Positions 8,970-18,038 of a stretch of DNA of 52,450 nt are shown in pieces. The notes beneath the pieces were generated by a model. It did no database searches and was not told where the DNA came from. It saw only the letters and a list, made by a program, of their open reading frames with translations. Origin of the DNA: a virus. Lineage: Duplodnaviria > Caudoviricetes. The stretch's first letter is position 1. Every line of letters begins with the position of its first letter. The stretch is from positions 1 through 52,450 of IMG/VR virus record IMGVR_UViG_3300027528_000003; one strand, written 5' to 3'. The position numbers and the translations under genes are program-made.

Positions 8970-9733
8970 GTGATGGCCTCCACTCCGGCTTCGCGGAGCA
9001 TGTCCTGCCACTGGACCGGGGGGGCGTTGGTCTTGGCGCCGTCCAGGACGGCGACGGCGATGCGTACGGCTGCGTGGACCAGGGGTCCGGTGGGCTGTTC
9101 GCCGAGGTGTTCGCGCATTGCCTCCAGTCCGTTCATCAGGGCGGCTTTGTCGTCCACCGGCAGGATGACGACGACTTCGGCCAGGCCCTGGACGGCGAGG
9201 GAGCGTTCGCCTGCTACGCGGGCTTCGCGGGCTTCGCGGGCGTCGGGTTCCTCGGCCCACTGCGCGTCGGTGGGGCCGGGGTCGGTTTCGCGGCCCATGG
9301 CGTCCTCGTCGGGTTCCAGGCGCACCAGGAGGTCATCGAGCCAGTCGTCCTGGTAGCCGGTGCCGTCCAGGCCGATGTCGGTGTCGGCGAGTTCTTTGAG
9401 GACTTCGGCGAGGAGGTATTCGTTGAAGCCGCCGCCGACCTGGGCGGCCTGGTTGTCGACTACGAGGATGCGTTTGGCCTGGACGTCGGTGAGGTTGAGG
9501 CGTACGGCGGCGATCTGGTCCCAGCCGAGTTGCTGGGCGGCGTGCCAGGTGTGGTTGCCTGCGCAGATGTAGCCGGTGGAGTCCTGGATGACGATGGGCT
9601 TGAACTGGGAGTTGACTTCCAGGGATTTCGCGATGACGTCGATGTCGCCCTGGCGGGGGTTTCCGGGCCAGGGCTGCATGGTGCTGATCGGGGTCAGCTG
9701 ATCCTGTAGGGCGGTGTTGACGTTGTGGGGCAC
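8963..9733 (-). CDS. ParB/Srx N-terminal domain protein
   Basis: PWPGNPR, PIVI, AGNHTWHAAQQLG, ILVVDN. Confidence 0.85.
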   Translation of the reverse strand: MPHNVNTALQDQLTPISTMQPWPGNPRQGDIDVIAKSLEVNSQFKPIVIQDSTGYICAGNHTWHAAQQLGWDQIAAVRLNLTDVQAKRILVVDNQAAQVGGGFNEYLLAEVLKELADTDIGLDGTGYQDDWLDDLLVRLEPDEDAMGRETDPGPTDAQWAEEPDAREAREARVAGERSLAVQGLAEVVVILPVDDKAALMNGLEAMREHLGEQPTGPLVHAAVRIAVAVLDGAKTNAPPVQWQDMLREAGVEAITW

Positions 9734-9818
9734 GGGGGTCTCCGGGCGGCAGCGGTATGGGGCGGCTTGTCCGCACGGTACCGCCGTGTCCGGGTTGTTG
9801 GGGGTATGCGGGGAGAGG

Positions 9819-10082
9819 TCATGGTGTGTCGAAGGGACGCATGAGGCAGAGTTCCGCCAGGACCGCGCAGTACCGCTTGAGGGCGTAGGGGTCGGCTGGG
9901 AGGTGTCCGGCTTCCCACAGGGCCAGGGTGCATTCGCTGATGCCTACGCGCTGGGCTACGTCGGCGCGGGTCAGCGGGATGAGTTCGCGCAGGAGGGTGA
10001 GGTGGCCGCAGGCAGCCAGCTGGCCCAGGGCGCGGCTGATCTCGGCGGGGCCGGGCGGCTGCTGGTCAATCAGTGTGCTCAT
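9819..10082 (-). CDS. XRE-family HTH protein
   Basis: LTRADVAQRVGISECTLALWEAG. Confidence 0.75.
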   Translation of the reverse strand: MSTLIDQQPPGPAEISRALGQLAACGHLTLLRELIPLTRADVAQRVGISECTLALWEAGHLPADPYALKRYCAVLAELCLMRPFDTP

Positions 10083-10142
10083 GGCTGACAGAACGTACCG
10101 GGCCACTACGCACCCCCCGGGGTGGACGCGCCTTTGGTGGGG

Positions 10143-10349
10143 TCAGTCTGTGTGGTGGCCTGGCTGTTGCGGAAGGACCACGCCGAATGTCCGGCCCGAG
10201 GGGTGGCGCTCGCTGCCGGGCGGCCGGGGCGGCCGGGGCGGCAGCGGCGGGGCAGCGGGAGGGCGGTGTCGGCCTATCAGGATCGCGCCCAGGGCGGCGC
10301 TGGAGGAGCCGAAGGCGAGCGCGGACAGCAGCGCGGAGAGAGTGGACAT
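10143..10349 (-). CDS. Small membrane protein
   Basis: N-terminal hydrophobic helix, Pro-rich tail. Confidence 0.45.
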   Translation of the reverse strand: MSTLSALLSALAFGSSSAALGAILIGRHRPPAAPPLPPRPPRPPGSERHPSGRTFGVVLPQQPGHHTD

Positions 10350-10394
10350 ACTGCCACCCTGTGCCACAAGCGGGCCGCCCGCCCGGCGACACGC

Positions 10395-10826
10395 CTATCC
10401 GGGCGACCACGGCGCCCGCCGCTCCGGGGGCCACCCGGCAGTGCCGGGGTCGGGCCACCGGCGCAGCAGCTGGCGGCGCTGGCGGTCGTTCAGGCGGACC
10501 GCACGCTCGTACACTCCCACTACCCGCGCCCCGGCCACCCCCCAGGTAGGGAAGGGGTCCTCGCCGGTCCACAGGCCGTCGTCCAGGGGCTGGACCAGGT
10601 ACAGGTCCCCCAGCCAGCAGCGGGAGGCGTAGAACCGGGCGTAGGGGCGGCTGGTGGTCACATACAGCAGGTCGGGGCGGCCGGTGGCGGGCTCCAGGCC
10701 GGTGCTGTCGCCCCGGGCGCGTTTCTCACACGTGGGGCAGCCGTCCATCAGGGCCGGGGCGTGCCCGCCGGTGAGCACCTCGCCGACGCGGACTCCGGGG
10801 GTGCCGCCGTGCCAGATCCGTTCCAT
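10395..10826 (-). CDS. Arr-like ADP-ribosyltransferase fold protein
   Basis: WHGG...VGEVL, LYVTT...ARFYA, LYLVQP...EDP in the order seen in Arr-type ARTs. Confidence 0.6.
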   Translation of the reverse strand: MERIWHGGTPGVRVGEVLTGGHAPALMDGCPTCEKRARGDSTGLEPATGRPDLLYVTTSRPYARFYASRCWLGDLYLVQPLDDGLWTGEDPFPTWGVAGARVVGVYERAVRLNDRQRRQLLRRWPDPGTAGWPPERRAPWSPG

Positions 10827-10860
10827 CCGGTCACGGTAGCGGCCGGGCCTGACACCTGGG

Positions 10861-11193
10861 TCAGGCGGCTTCCAGGACGAACAGCGGCGGCTGCACGGGC
10901 CCGTAGGGGAACGCGAACACCCCGGCGGCGGTGTCCAGGGTGCGGATGCAGCGCTGGCAGGTAATCGGGGCGTAGGTGGCGTTCATGGCCATGATGTCCC
11001 AGCCGTAGGTGCCGGTGTGGCAGGCGGGCTGGGGGATGAGTTCCCCGCCGATCCAGCGGGCCGGGGTGACGGCGTGGACGATCTTGGACTTGCGGACGGT
11101 CATGCGCTTGCCGCCAGCGAACTTCTGCCGGGCGGACAGGGCCAGGGACCGCACGGCGGTCAGCGGCGTGTCCTGCTCGGGAATCATGTTCAT
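10861..11193 (-). CDS. Hypothetical Cys/His protein
   Basis: VHAV...PAC...ITCQRC. Confidence 0.65.
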   Translation of the reverse strand: MNMIPEQDTPLTAVRSLALSARQKFAGGKRMTVRKSKIVHAVTPARWIGGELIPQPACHTGTYGWDIMAMNATYAPITCQRCIRTLDTAAGVFAFPYGPVQPPLFVLEAA

Positions 11194-11220
11194 GCGGCTA
11201 TTATGCCCGGTCCGCTCAGG

Positions 11221-11238
11221 TGATAACTAGGTGTTTCA
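11221..11238. promoter_or_regulatory. 18-bp operator-like site
   Basis: TGATAA-CTAGGT-GTTTCA. Confidence 0.55.
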
Positions 11239-11239
11239 T

Positions 11240-11701
11240 TCATCTCATACCTGCGGCTCTGGCCAGCAGCAATGCCGAGAACGGGGCTGCGGTGGGCTTG
11301 TCCTGGGCGAGCTGGCGCCACAGCCGCTCCAGGTCCGGCTCGCTCTGCCGGTGGCAGGCGCTGATCCACTGCTCCAGGAACTGCCGGGCGCGGTTCCACT
11401 GCGGCAGCGTGATCACGGCGGGCTCCCCGCGTGACAGCGCGATACCCGAGCCCAGTCTGCGCAGCTGGTAGTCCACCACACTGCCCGGCCGCTTCGGGGG
11501 CGGCGGCGCCGGGTCTGAACTGATCCGCAGGCCCAGCTCCACCGCCACCAGGTACTCCAGCTGGGGCCGGGCAGCCAGCAGCGTGCCCCGGCGTACTGCG
11601 TCGCCCAGGCGTCCCATGGTCACCGAGCCGACCAGCAGGTCGGCCCAGGCCCAGACCTGCTGCCGTGTGGCGTTGTCCATGGGGTCAGTGTCCTGGTTCA
11701 C
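11240..11701 (-). CDS. Hypothetical protein, last gene of the paralogue operon
   Basis: Overlaps the end of the upstream gene; start at 11701 (GTG) or 11680 (ATG). Confidence 0.6.
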   Translation of the reverse strand: MNQDTDPMDNATRQQVWAWADLLVGSVTMGRLGDAVRRGTLLAARPQLEYLVAVELGLRISSDPAPPPPKRPGSVVDYQLRRLGSGIALSRGEPAVITLPQWNRARQFLEQWISACHRQSEPDLERLWRQLAQDKPTAAPFSALLLARAAGMR

Positions 11702-12287
11702 GCCGGTACATCGAGGCGATCCACGCGGGCAGCGCCAGGCACACCGGGGATTCGATGTCGCGGACCTGCGGAATCCGGGACAGCTCCGCGCGGGCCAGGT
11801 TGAACTCGGGCTCTCCGGCGGCCGGGCGGCACCCCAGCGCCCGCTGCACGTACGGGGCGGCCGTCTCGGTCTGCGCGAGCAGCACATCCCCCAGCTGCGC
11901 ATACTCCTGGAAGGCCTCGTCGGGGCTTTCCGCCGCCACCAGCCGGGCGCCGGTGTGGACGGACTTCACCACCCCGTCGAACACGAGCTGGCGGCGCCGC
12001 TCCACGGAGATGGCCCGCTCCAGCTCCACCACCCCGAAGCGGTTGCGCCAGTGGTCGGGGCCGTGGCTGTCGACGAGCTGGAGGATGCACGCGGCCAGGT
12101 CCACCGGGCCGCGCCAACCGTACTGGGCTGCCAGCGGCATGGTGATCCGGCCCATGGCCTGGGCGCGGATACCGGCCTGGTACAGCTCCTGGAGCATCTG
12201 CCAGTACGCCGGGGTGCCGTAGGGCTGGAGCCGGATGCGGTCGGTCCGCGGGGGTTCTGTGGAGTGCCGGCGCGAGGTGCGGCTCAT
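11685..12287 (-). CDS. Unknown-family paralogue D
   Basis: LQPYGTPAYWQML...AQYGWRGPVDL. Confidence 0.75.
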   Translation of the reverse strand: MSRTSRRHSTEPPRTDRIRLQPYGTPAYWQMLQELYQAGIRAQAMGRITMPLAAQYGWRGPVDLAACILQLVDSHGPDHWRNRFGVVELERAISVERRRQLVFDGVVKSVHTGARLVAAESPDEAFQEYAQLGDVLLAQTETAAPYVQRALGCRPAAGEPEFNLARAELSRIPQVRDIESPVCLALPAWIASMYRREPGH

Positions 12288-12973
12288 GTGCGGCGCCGGG
12301 TTGTGCTGTCGTGGCTGTACTGGGCTCCGCCGCCGACTCCGTAGCGGCACACCGCCCACGCCAGAACCACTCCGGTCAGGGCTTCCTCGCGGCCGGAGTT
12401 GATGCTGTTGTCGTTGGTTACGGGGATGCCCTGGCCGTCGATTCCCGGTCCCCGGCGCAGCTGGAGCGCGGCGCGGCGTAGGGCGGCGGTGTCGCCGCCG
12501 TCGGAGGCGGGGCGGGTGTACAGGGCGGCCTGCATCAGCTTGCGCCAGGCCGACATGATGTCCTGCGACCACGACGCCAGGCGCTGGGCGTCCTGGAAGC
12601 GTTCGGTTCGGGCTACGGGGTCCTGCGGGGCGGTGTTGTCCGACAGGATCACTCCTGCCTGGAAGCTGGTGGCGGCCTGCATCTCCTTGGGCAGGCACAG
12701 TTCCACCAGGGGTACCCCGTAGGCGTTGCAGCAGCGCGGGTCGGCTTCGGCGTCCAGCAGTGACAGGGCCATCGCCATCAGGTCCGGTGCGGCGCGCAGC
12801 CCGTACTGGTCGATGAAGATTTTCGCGTGCTCCATCGACTCCGGGTTCACTCCTGCGGGGTTGGTGCAGGCTTCGGCGGTGATCTTCGTGATCAGGCCCC
12901 AGTAGTCCGGGGAGTTGTAGCGGGGCCACTGGTCCAGGGTCCATACGGTGGGTGCGGGGCGGGGCAGGCGCAT
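12284..12973 (-). CDS. Unknown-family paralogue C
   Basis: WPRYNSPDYWGLI...DQYGLRAAPDL. Confidence 0.75.
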   Translation of the reverse strand: MRLPRPAPTVWTLDQWPRYNSPDYWGLITKITAEACTNPAGVNPESMEHAKIFIDQYGLRAAPDLMAMALSLLDAEADPRCCNAYGVPLVELCLPKEMQAATSFQAGVILSDNTAPQDPVARTERFQDAQRLASWSQDIMSAWRKLMQAALYTRPASDGGDTAALRRAALQLRRGPGIDGQGIPVTNDNSINSGREEALTGVVLAWAVCRYGVGGGAQYSHDSTTRRRT

Positions 12974-12984
12974 CAGGGGTTCTC

Positions 12985-13584
12985 TCAGCTGAGTTGGAGG
13001 CAGATGGTGGTGATGGCGTAGATCAGCACGGGGTCTTTTTCGCGTAGTCCCGGGCCCTGGAGCAGGATGGCGCGGGCGGTGAGGGCGTCGCGGTGGTGCA
13101 GGGCGGCCAGGGCCTGGTTGCACAGCTGCATCCACTGCGGCACCACCCCGATGCCCTCCACGCCCAGGTGTGCGGACTTCTCCCACAGTTCGCGGCGCTG
13201 TTCGGGGTCGGCCTGCCTGGGCAGGGTGTGGTCGTAGTGGCCCATCATGAACTGGAACACCTCGGCTTCGGCGCTCTCCTGGACCGGCGCGAACATTCCG
13301 GCCAGGTCGCAGGCTCCGGTGAAGGGGTTGCGGGCGTCGGCGGCCCAGTCGCGTTCCATCCGGGTCAGCCCGAGCATGATCAGGTCGATCAGGGCGCGCA
13401 GGCCGTAGCGGATCGCGATCAGGTTCTGTGCCTGCACGCCGTGCGGGCTCAGGGCGTAGACGGTGTGGAAGTGCTCCAGGAGCTGGATGTACTGCGCGGA
13501 GCCGTACGGGGGCAGTCCCTCGCCGGAGACCAGGCCCAGGGTGTCGGGGAACGGCGGGAGGGTGTCGGGGCGGCGACGGGGCAT
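12985..13584 (-). CDS. Unknown-family paralogue B
   Basis: LPPYGSAQYIQLL...IRYGLRALIDL. Confidence 0.75.
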   Translation of the reverse strand: MPRRRPDTLPPFPDTLGLVSGEGLPPYGSAQYIQLLEHFHTVYALSPHGVQAQNLIAIRYGLRALIDLIMLGLTRMERDWAADARNPFTGACDLAGMFAPVQESAEAEVFQFMMGHYDHTLPRQADPEQRRELWEKSAHLGVEGIGVVPQWMQLCNQALAALHHRDALTARAILLQGPGLREKDPVLIYAITTICLQLS

Positions 13585-14573
13585 CAGCGCCGGTGTCCTT
13601 TGCGTTCGGGGCAGCCCGGTGCGTGCCCGTGGTGGTGGTGGCCTTTGGCGTCCACCTCGTAGGGCTGGAAGGAGACCTGGGTGCCGCAGTCGCGGCAGAC
13701 CGCCCGCAGGACCTGCTGGCCGTAGATGTCAGGGGTGCGGTCCAGTTGCAGGTCCAGGCTGTTGTCCCGGCCGCACTTGGGGCACTGCATGTACTGGGAG
13801 CGGCGGGCGTCGTCTGAGTGCAGCGCCCGGGAGACCTTCCCGGACAGGGCCCGGTCGGTCTGCGCGAGCATGTCGAAGTTCTCGCCCAGGAGCCGCTTGG
13901 GGTCCGAGACCGCCAGCCACACCATCGACGCCCACAGCATCACCAGCCGGGCCTCCTTGTCGTTGGTGCGCAGCGTGGGGTACTTCATCAGGGCGCCCCG
14001 GGTCAGGGTGGTGCTGTCGCGGTTCAGGTGCGCGTCCAGGCACTCCTGGAGCGGCCCGGTCCACCGGGGCAGGTTCCGCGAGAGGCGTTCGGCTTCTTCC
14101 AGGCGCCGGGTGAACGCTTCGGCGTCGGTGGCGGGGTCGCCGGTGGAGATTTTGTCGGGCAGCAGCGACCCGGCCAGCACATCGGCTTCCGAGGGCTCGC
14201 GCAGCAGATGGGAGACCTGGAACCGGCCCGCCATGGAGGCCACTGCGCTGGGCAGGCCGTTGGTGCGCATGTGGTGGGCGGTGCGGGCCATGCACGTATC
14301 GGCGAAGTCCAGCAGGAACCGCCAGCCGTAGTGGTCGGCGGCGGCGTCCCAGTCGGGCAGGTCGGGGTCCTCGTCGCGGTCGGTGAGCTTGCGGAGCATG
14401 GTGCGGTACTCGGGGGTGCCGCGTTCGGGGAAGCCCCAGCCCATGAACATCCCGATCAGGGTCTGGGCGTCGATCTCGATGGGGGTGGTGAACACGATCT
14501 GCGTGGTGTCGATGAAGCCGCCTTCCACCGGGGTGCTGGTGGTGGTCGCGGTGAACTCCGGTTCTTCGGTCAT
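13584..14573 (-). CDS. Unknown-family paralogue A with C-terminal Zn ribbon
   Basis: FPERGTPEYRTML...DHYGWRFLLDF; CPKC...CRDC; His-rich tail. Confidence 0.75.
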   Translation of the reverse strand: MTEEPEFTATTTSTPVEGGFIDTTQIVFTTPIEIDAQTLIGMFMGWGFPERGTPEYRTMLRKLTDRDEDPDLPDWDAAADHYGWRFLLDFADTCMARTAHHMRTNGLPSAVASMAGRFQVSHLLREPSEADVLAGSLLPDKISTGDPATDAEAFTRRLEEAERLSRNLPRWTGPLQECLDAHLNRDSTTLTRGALMKYPTLRTNDKEARLVMLWASMVWLAVSDPKRLLGENFDMLAQTDRALSGKVSRALHSDDARRSQYMQCPKCGRDNSLDLQLDRTPDIYGQQVLRAVCRDCGTQVSFQPYEVDAKGHHHHGHAPGCPERKGHRR

Positions 14574-14785
14574 GGTTTGTGCTCCTGCTCGATGATTCCC
14601 TCGGCGCGCAGATGGGTGCGCAGGGCGTCTATGACGATCGCGCGCCGGTCCAGGCCGGTCTTGTCGTGGAGTTCGTCCAGGGCTGCCTTGAGGGTGTAGG
14701 GGATGGCGCAGGTGAGTTTCTCCTGCGGTACCCGCCCGGCCCCCCCGGCGGCGGCCGGGGGGGCGGGCAGCATGCGGTCGTTCAC
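14570..14785 (-). CDS. Ribbon-helix-helix (CopG/ParG-like) protein
   Basis: KLTCAIPYTLKAALDELHDKTGLDRRAIVIDALRTHL. Confidence 0.7.
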   Translation of the reverse strand: MNDRMLPAPPAAAGGAGRVPQEKLTCAIPYTLKAALDELHDKTGLDRRAIVIDALRTHLRAEGIIEQEHKP

Positions 14786-16134
14786 TTGGGTCCCTTGTTG
14801 CCGTACAGCTTGACCAGCTCGCCGAACAGGTCGGAGGCGTGGGGGGTGGGGCCGATGGGCGAGGTGAGCTGGAGTTCGGAAGGCTTGAAGCTGATCTTTC
14901 CCCAGGTGCGGCCCTGGCAGGTGTAGTCCCAGGCGCGGGTGAGCAGGTAGAAGTCCACTCTGGTCTGGTCCATGGGGCGCAGCTTGATGCGCTGGCGGCG
15001 GGTGCTCTCCGGGGCCAGGAGGTATTCGCGCAGGGTCCAGTTGGGGTCGCCCTTGCGGATGGTGGTGGGGTAGCGCATCTCGTCCACCCACCATCCGGCC
15101 AGTTCGCCGCCGTCGCCGCAGTGCTTCCCGGCCAGGTAGTGGAACAGCCCCAGCGCGTTCGCCTTCAGGTTCAGCTTGGGGGCCTGGTACATGATCGACA
15201 CTGATTCGCGCAGTCCGGGGTTGCTGGAGATCGCGGCCTGGATCTGTTCGTCGGACATGGCGCGGTTGGCGCGGTCCCACAGCTCGGTCTCGCGGACGTT
15301 GAACCACAGGTGGGCCAGGCGGCCGAGCGCGGCCAGCTTCCCGGCGTTCTTCTCACCGGCGCCGTGCAGGGTGTCGGCGGTGGTGCGGCGCTTGCCCCGG
15401 TCCATCTTGGAGTACAGCTCGGGGGCGACGCCGTAGGCCACGTAGAACGGCTGCGGCAGCCCGGACTCCAGTACCGCGTTCAGGCGGTGCTGGCCGTTGC
15501 TGAGCTGGGAGTTGGTGTCGATGCATAGCGGGTCCGAGGCCAGCAGCACCCACTCGTTGCGCACCATCTTGCCCTGGTAGTTCAGCACCAGGTCCCTGGA
15601 GGTGTTGCGCTGGTAGTCGGGCACGGTGCACAGCAGTTCCAGGGCGCGTTCGGGGGTGATGATCTCCGCGCGGATCGCCGGCTCCTCGTGGAGTACCTGC
15701 GGGGCGCTGTCGGGGATGGCGGTGGCCTTCTTGGCGCGGGCGGCGTTGCCGGGGGTCAGGTGTCTGCGCTGGATCTCGCTGGGGCCCTCGGGAAGTAGCT
15801 GTTCGGGGCGCACCGGCTCGGGGGTCTTGCGCACCTGGGCTGGGCGGGCGGGTTCCAACTCCGGCACGATGCCCAGGCGTTGATCGCGGTCCAGTTTCTG
15901 CTGCTCGTCGTACAGGTCCTCGGTCCAGCCGATGCGCTTGAGGCGGGTGAGGATGTTCTTCAGCTGCTGGTCCGAGGCGCGCGGTGAGACTTTCACCGAG
16001 GCGATGGCCTGACCGGCGGGATCGACGCGTTCGACCTTGAACGCGCCGTCGGGGCAGGGCTTGACGACGAAGCCTGCGGTCTGGCCGCAGAGCCGCACGA
16101 CGCGTAGGGCGTCGTGGTTGGTTCCTGAGCTCAC
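14782..16134 (-). CDS. ParB-like (DGQHR-type) domain protein
   Basis: ITPERALELL...YQRN...SNGQHRLNAV...MDRGKRRT. Confidence 0.7.
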   Translation of the reverse strand: MSSGTNHDALRVVRLCGQTAGFVVKPCPDGAFKVERVDPAGQAIASVKVSPRASDQQLKNILTRLKRIGWTEDLYDEQQKLDRDQRLGIVPELEPARPAQVRKTPEPVRPEQLLPEGPSEIQRRHLTPGNAARAKKATAIPDSAPQVLHEEPAIRAEIITPERALELLCTVPDYQRNTSRDLVLNYQGKMVRNEWVLLASDPLCIDTNSQLSNGQHRLNAVLESGLPQPFYVAYGVAPELYSKMDRGKRRTTADTLHGAGEKNAGKLAALGRLAHLWFNVRETELWDRANRAMSDEQIQAAISSNPGLRESVSIMYQAPKLNLKANALGLFHYLAGKHCGDGGELAGWWVDEMRYPTTIRKGDPNWTLREYLLAPESTRRQRIKLRPMDQTRVDFYLLTRAWDYTCQGRTWGKISFKPSELQLTSPIGPTPHASDLFGELVKLYGNKGPK

Positions 16135-16187
16135 GTGCGTGGTCCTTCGTTCCGGGGACGCCCCGGCCGGGCATCCCGGCCGGGGGG

Positions 16188-16205
16188 TGAAACCTTGGCC
16201 TATCG
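16188..16205. promoter_or_regulatory. 18-bp operator-like site upstream of the ParB-like operon
   Basis: TGAAAC-CTTGGC-CTATCG. Confidence 0.5.
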
Positions 16206-16287
16206 CGTGGTGCAAGGGGTGCTTATCCCAAGCATAGCGGCCCGGCCGGGCGGCCGGGCGGCCGGGCCACTATCCGCAACCAGGCGG

Positions 16288-17343
16288 CTACAGCACGCCC
16301 TGGGCGGCGAGCTTGGCGATGTTGACCGCACGGGTCTTCTTGGCCTCCTTGTCGAACACGCACCGGTTCAGGTAGGTGCCCGAGTCCTTGAAGGCGCGGG
16401 AGTGGTCCAGGTACTCGACCCCGGCCTGCATCAGGCCGTAGGCCGAGCCCCGGATGCCCTCGCAGGTCGGTCCGGCCAGCAGCATCGACACCTCCTGCCG
16501 GGCCACGGTCACGTTCTCCAGCGCCCGTGGCTTGAGCTTCCACTCCTCGCGGGTGGGGAACACGAACTCGTCCACGAACCGCTGCTCCTGAGTGGGCGTC
16601 ACCGGGCGGGCGCACATCTCCTCGGCGAACACCCGGTACTTCTCCAGGTCGGTGTCGGCGGTCTCCATGGCCTGGTCGATCTCCTCCACCAGGCGGTCCA
16701 GGTTGGCCTTCCAGTTGGCCCGGTGGTGGAAGGACCAGGTAGCCAGGTTGCGGTCCTTGGCGTCCATCTCGGCCGCGTGGAAGGTGTTCTGGCACCACAC
16801 GCGGACGTTGGTCGGGATGACCTTGAGGGAGCCGTGGCCGTCGTGGCGGTTGAGGAACGCCATGTAGCGGGAGGTCGGGGACGGGTCGTTGCCGATCTGG
16901 ATCTGGTCGCCGTACTGGAGCAGCGCCCACACCTGCTTGCCGTCGTTGCCGGACCCGGCGGTCTCGAAGCGCAGGTTGTCCCGCCCGAGCAGGGTGTCCA
17001 TCACCAGGCCCATGTCGGTGTTGGTGATCATCTCGAAGGTGTCCGCCGCCGGGGCCAGGAGCTGGCGGTTGTCCGAGCGAACGATCAGGTCGTAGCCGTC
17101 CATGGCCACGTACTCCTCGGTGAAGCCGTCCGCGCCCAGGGTGGTGACCTTGTCGTACATCGGCACGCGGATCGGGTCCCAGTCCAGTCCGCCCAGTTCC
17201 CGGGCGTGCTGCCAGCTGGTGGGGCGGTCGGCGGCGGTGACGGTCTGCGTCCCGGCCCAGGGGGCGCTGCGGACCTGGCCGTGGCTCCAGCTGGTGGCGT
17301 CGGGCAGGGCCGAGCTGTTGCGGGGGTTCACGTTGGGGTGCAT
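16288..17343 (-). CDS. DUF932 family phage/plasmid protein
   Basis: GGLDW, FETAGS..DGKQVW, NRHDGHGSL, TNVRVWCQNT, GSAYGLMQAGVEYLDH. Confidence 0.85.
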   Translation of the reverse strand: MHPNVNPRNSSALPDATSWSHGQVRSAPWAGTQTVTAADRPTSWQHARELGGLDWDPIRVPMYDKVTTLGADGFTEEYVAMDGYDLIVRSDNRQLLAPAADTFEMITNTDMGLVMDTLLGRDNLRFETAGSGNDGKQVWALLQYGDQIQIGNDPSPTSRYMAFLNRHDGHGSLKVIPTNVRVWCQNTFHAAEMDAKDRNLATWSFHHRANWKANLDRLVEEIDQAMETADTDLEKYRVFAEEMCARPVTPTQEQRFVDEFVFPTREEWKLKPRALENVTVARQEVSMLLAGPTCEGIRGSAYGLMQAGVEYLDHSRAFKDSGTYLNRCVFDKEAKKTRAVNIAKLAAQGVL

Positions 17344-17525
17344 GGGGTTCTCCTTGGCTGGGGTCGCGTGTCCGGGCCGCTGCTGGCCCGGCGTCTCCGC
17401 TGTGCACAACGTTAACCGATCTGCGCGGATGGTGCAAACGTTGTGTTTCATACTGGAGCGCGGCGCGGGAGATTAGTCCTGAACTGCGGGGATACGTCCG
17501 GCGATCTGCGCGGTTCCATAGAGGA

Positions 17526-17900
17526 ATGCTGAACCAGCCCACTGACATCCCGCCGCTGCCCGCCGAGGACCCCACCGACGGCACCATCCACTGGAACCCC
17601 TGGACGGCCCGCAGACACACCCTGGAACCGTGTCCGGACTGTGGCGCCACCGCACCCCCCAACGCCGCCCAGGGAGCCACACAGCAGTGCTCCCGGCCGC
17701 CTTCCACCGCCGCGCAGTGGTGCATCACGCACACCGCCCTGCACTGCACCCACTGCGGCGCCGTACGCACCTACCGCGTGTGGAACCCGCGCCTGGGCAA
17801 CATCCGCCAGCTGATCCGCGCCCGCCCCCCGCTGATCTGCGTCGAACCAGGGGCTCTTCCGCCGGCGCCCGGGCAGCCCCCGCAACCGACCCTGTTCTAG
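17526..17900 (+). CDS. Hypothetical Zn-finger-like protein
   Basis: CPDC and CTHC motifs; GAGG RBS. Confidence 0.55.
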   Translation: MLNQPTDIPPLPAEDPTDGTIHWNPWTARRHTLEPCPDCGATAPPNAAQGATQQCSRPPSTAAQWCITHTALHCTHCGAVRTYRVWNPRLGNIRQLIRARPPLICVEPGALPPAPGQPPQPTLF

Positions 17901-18038
17901 CCGCCCCCGGGCCTACCCTGGCGGTACGGCAGTCCGCGCGGAACGGCCACCAGGGCACCCACCGGCAGGTGGCCCCGGTCCGCGGACGCCAGCGGCCCCC
18001 GGCGTCCCGTGGCGGGGGCCGCGCCGCGCCCCGGCCCG

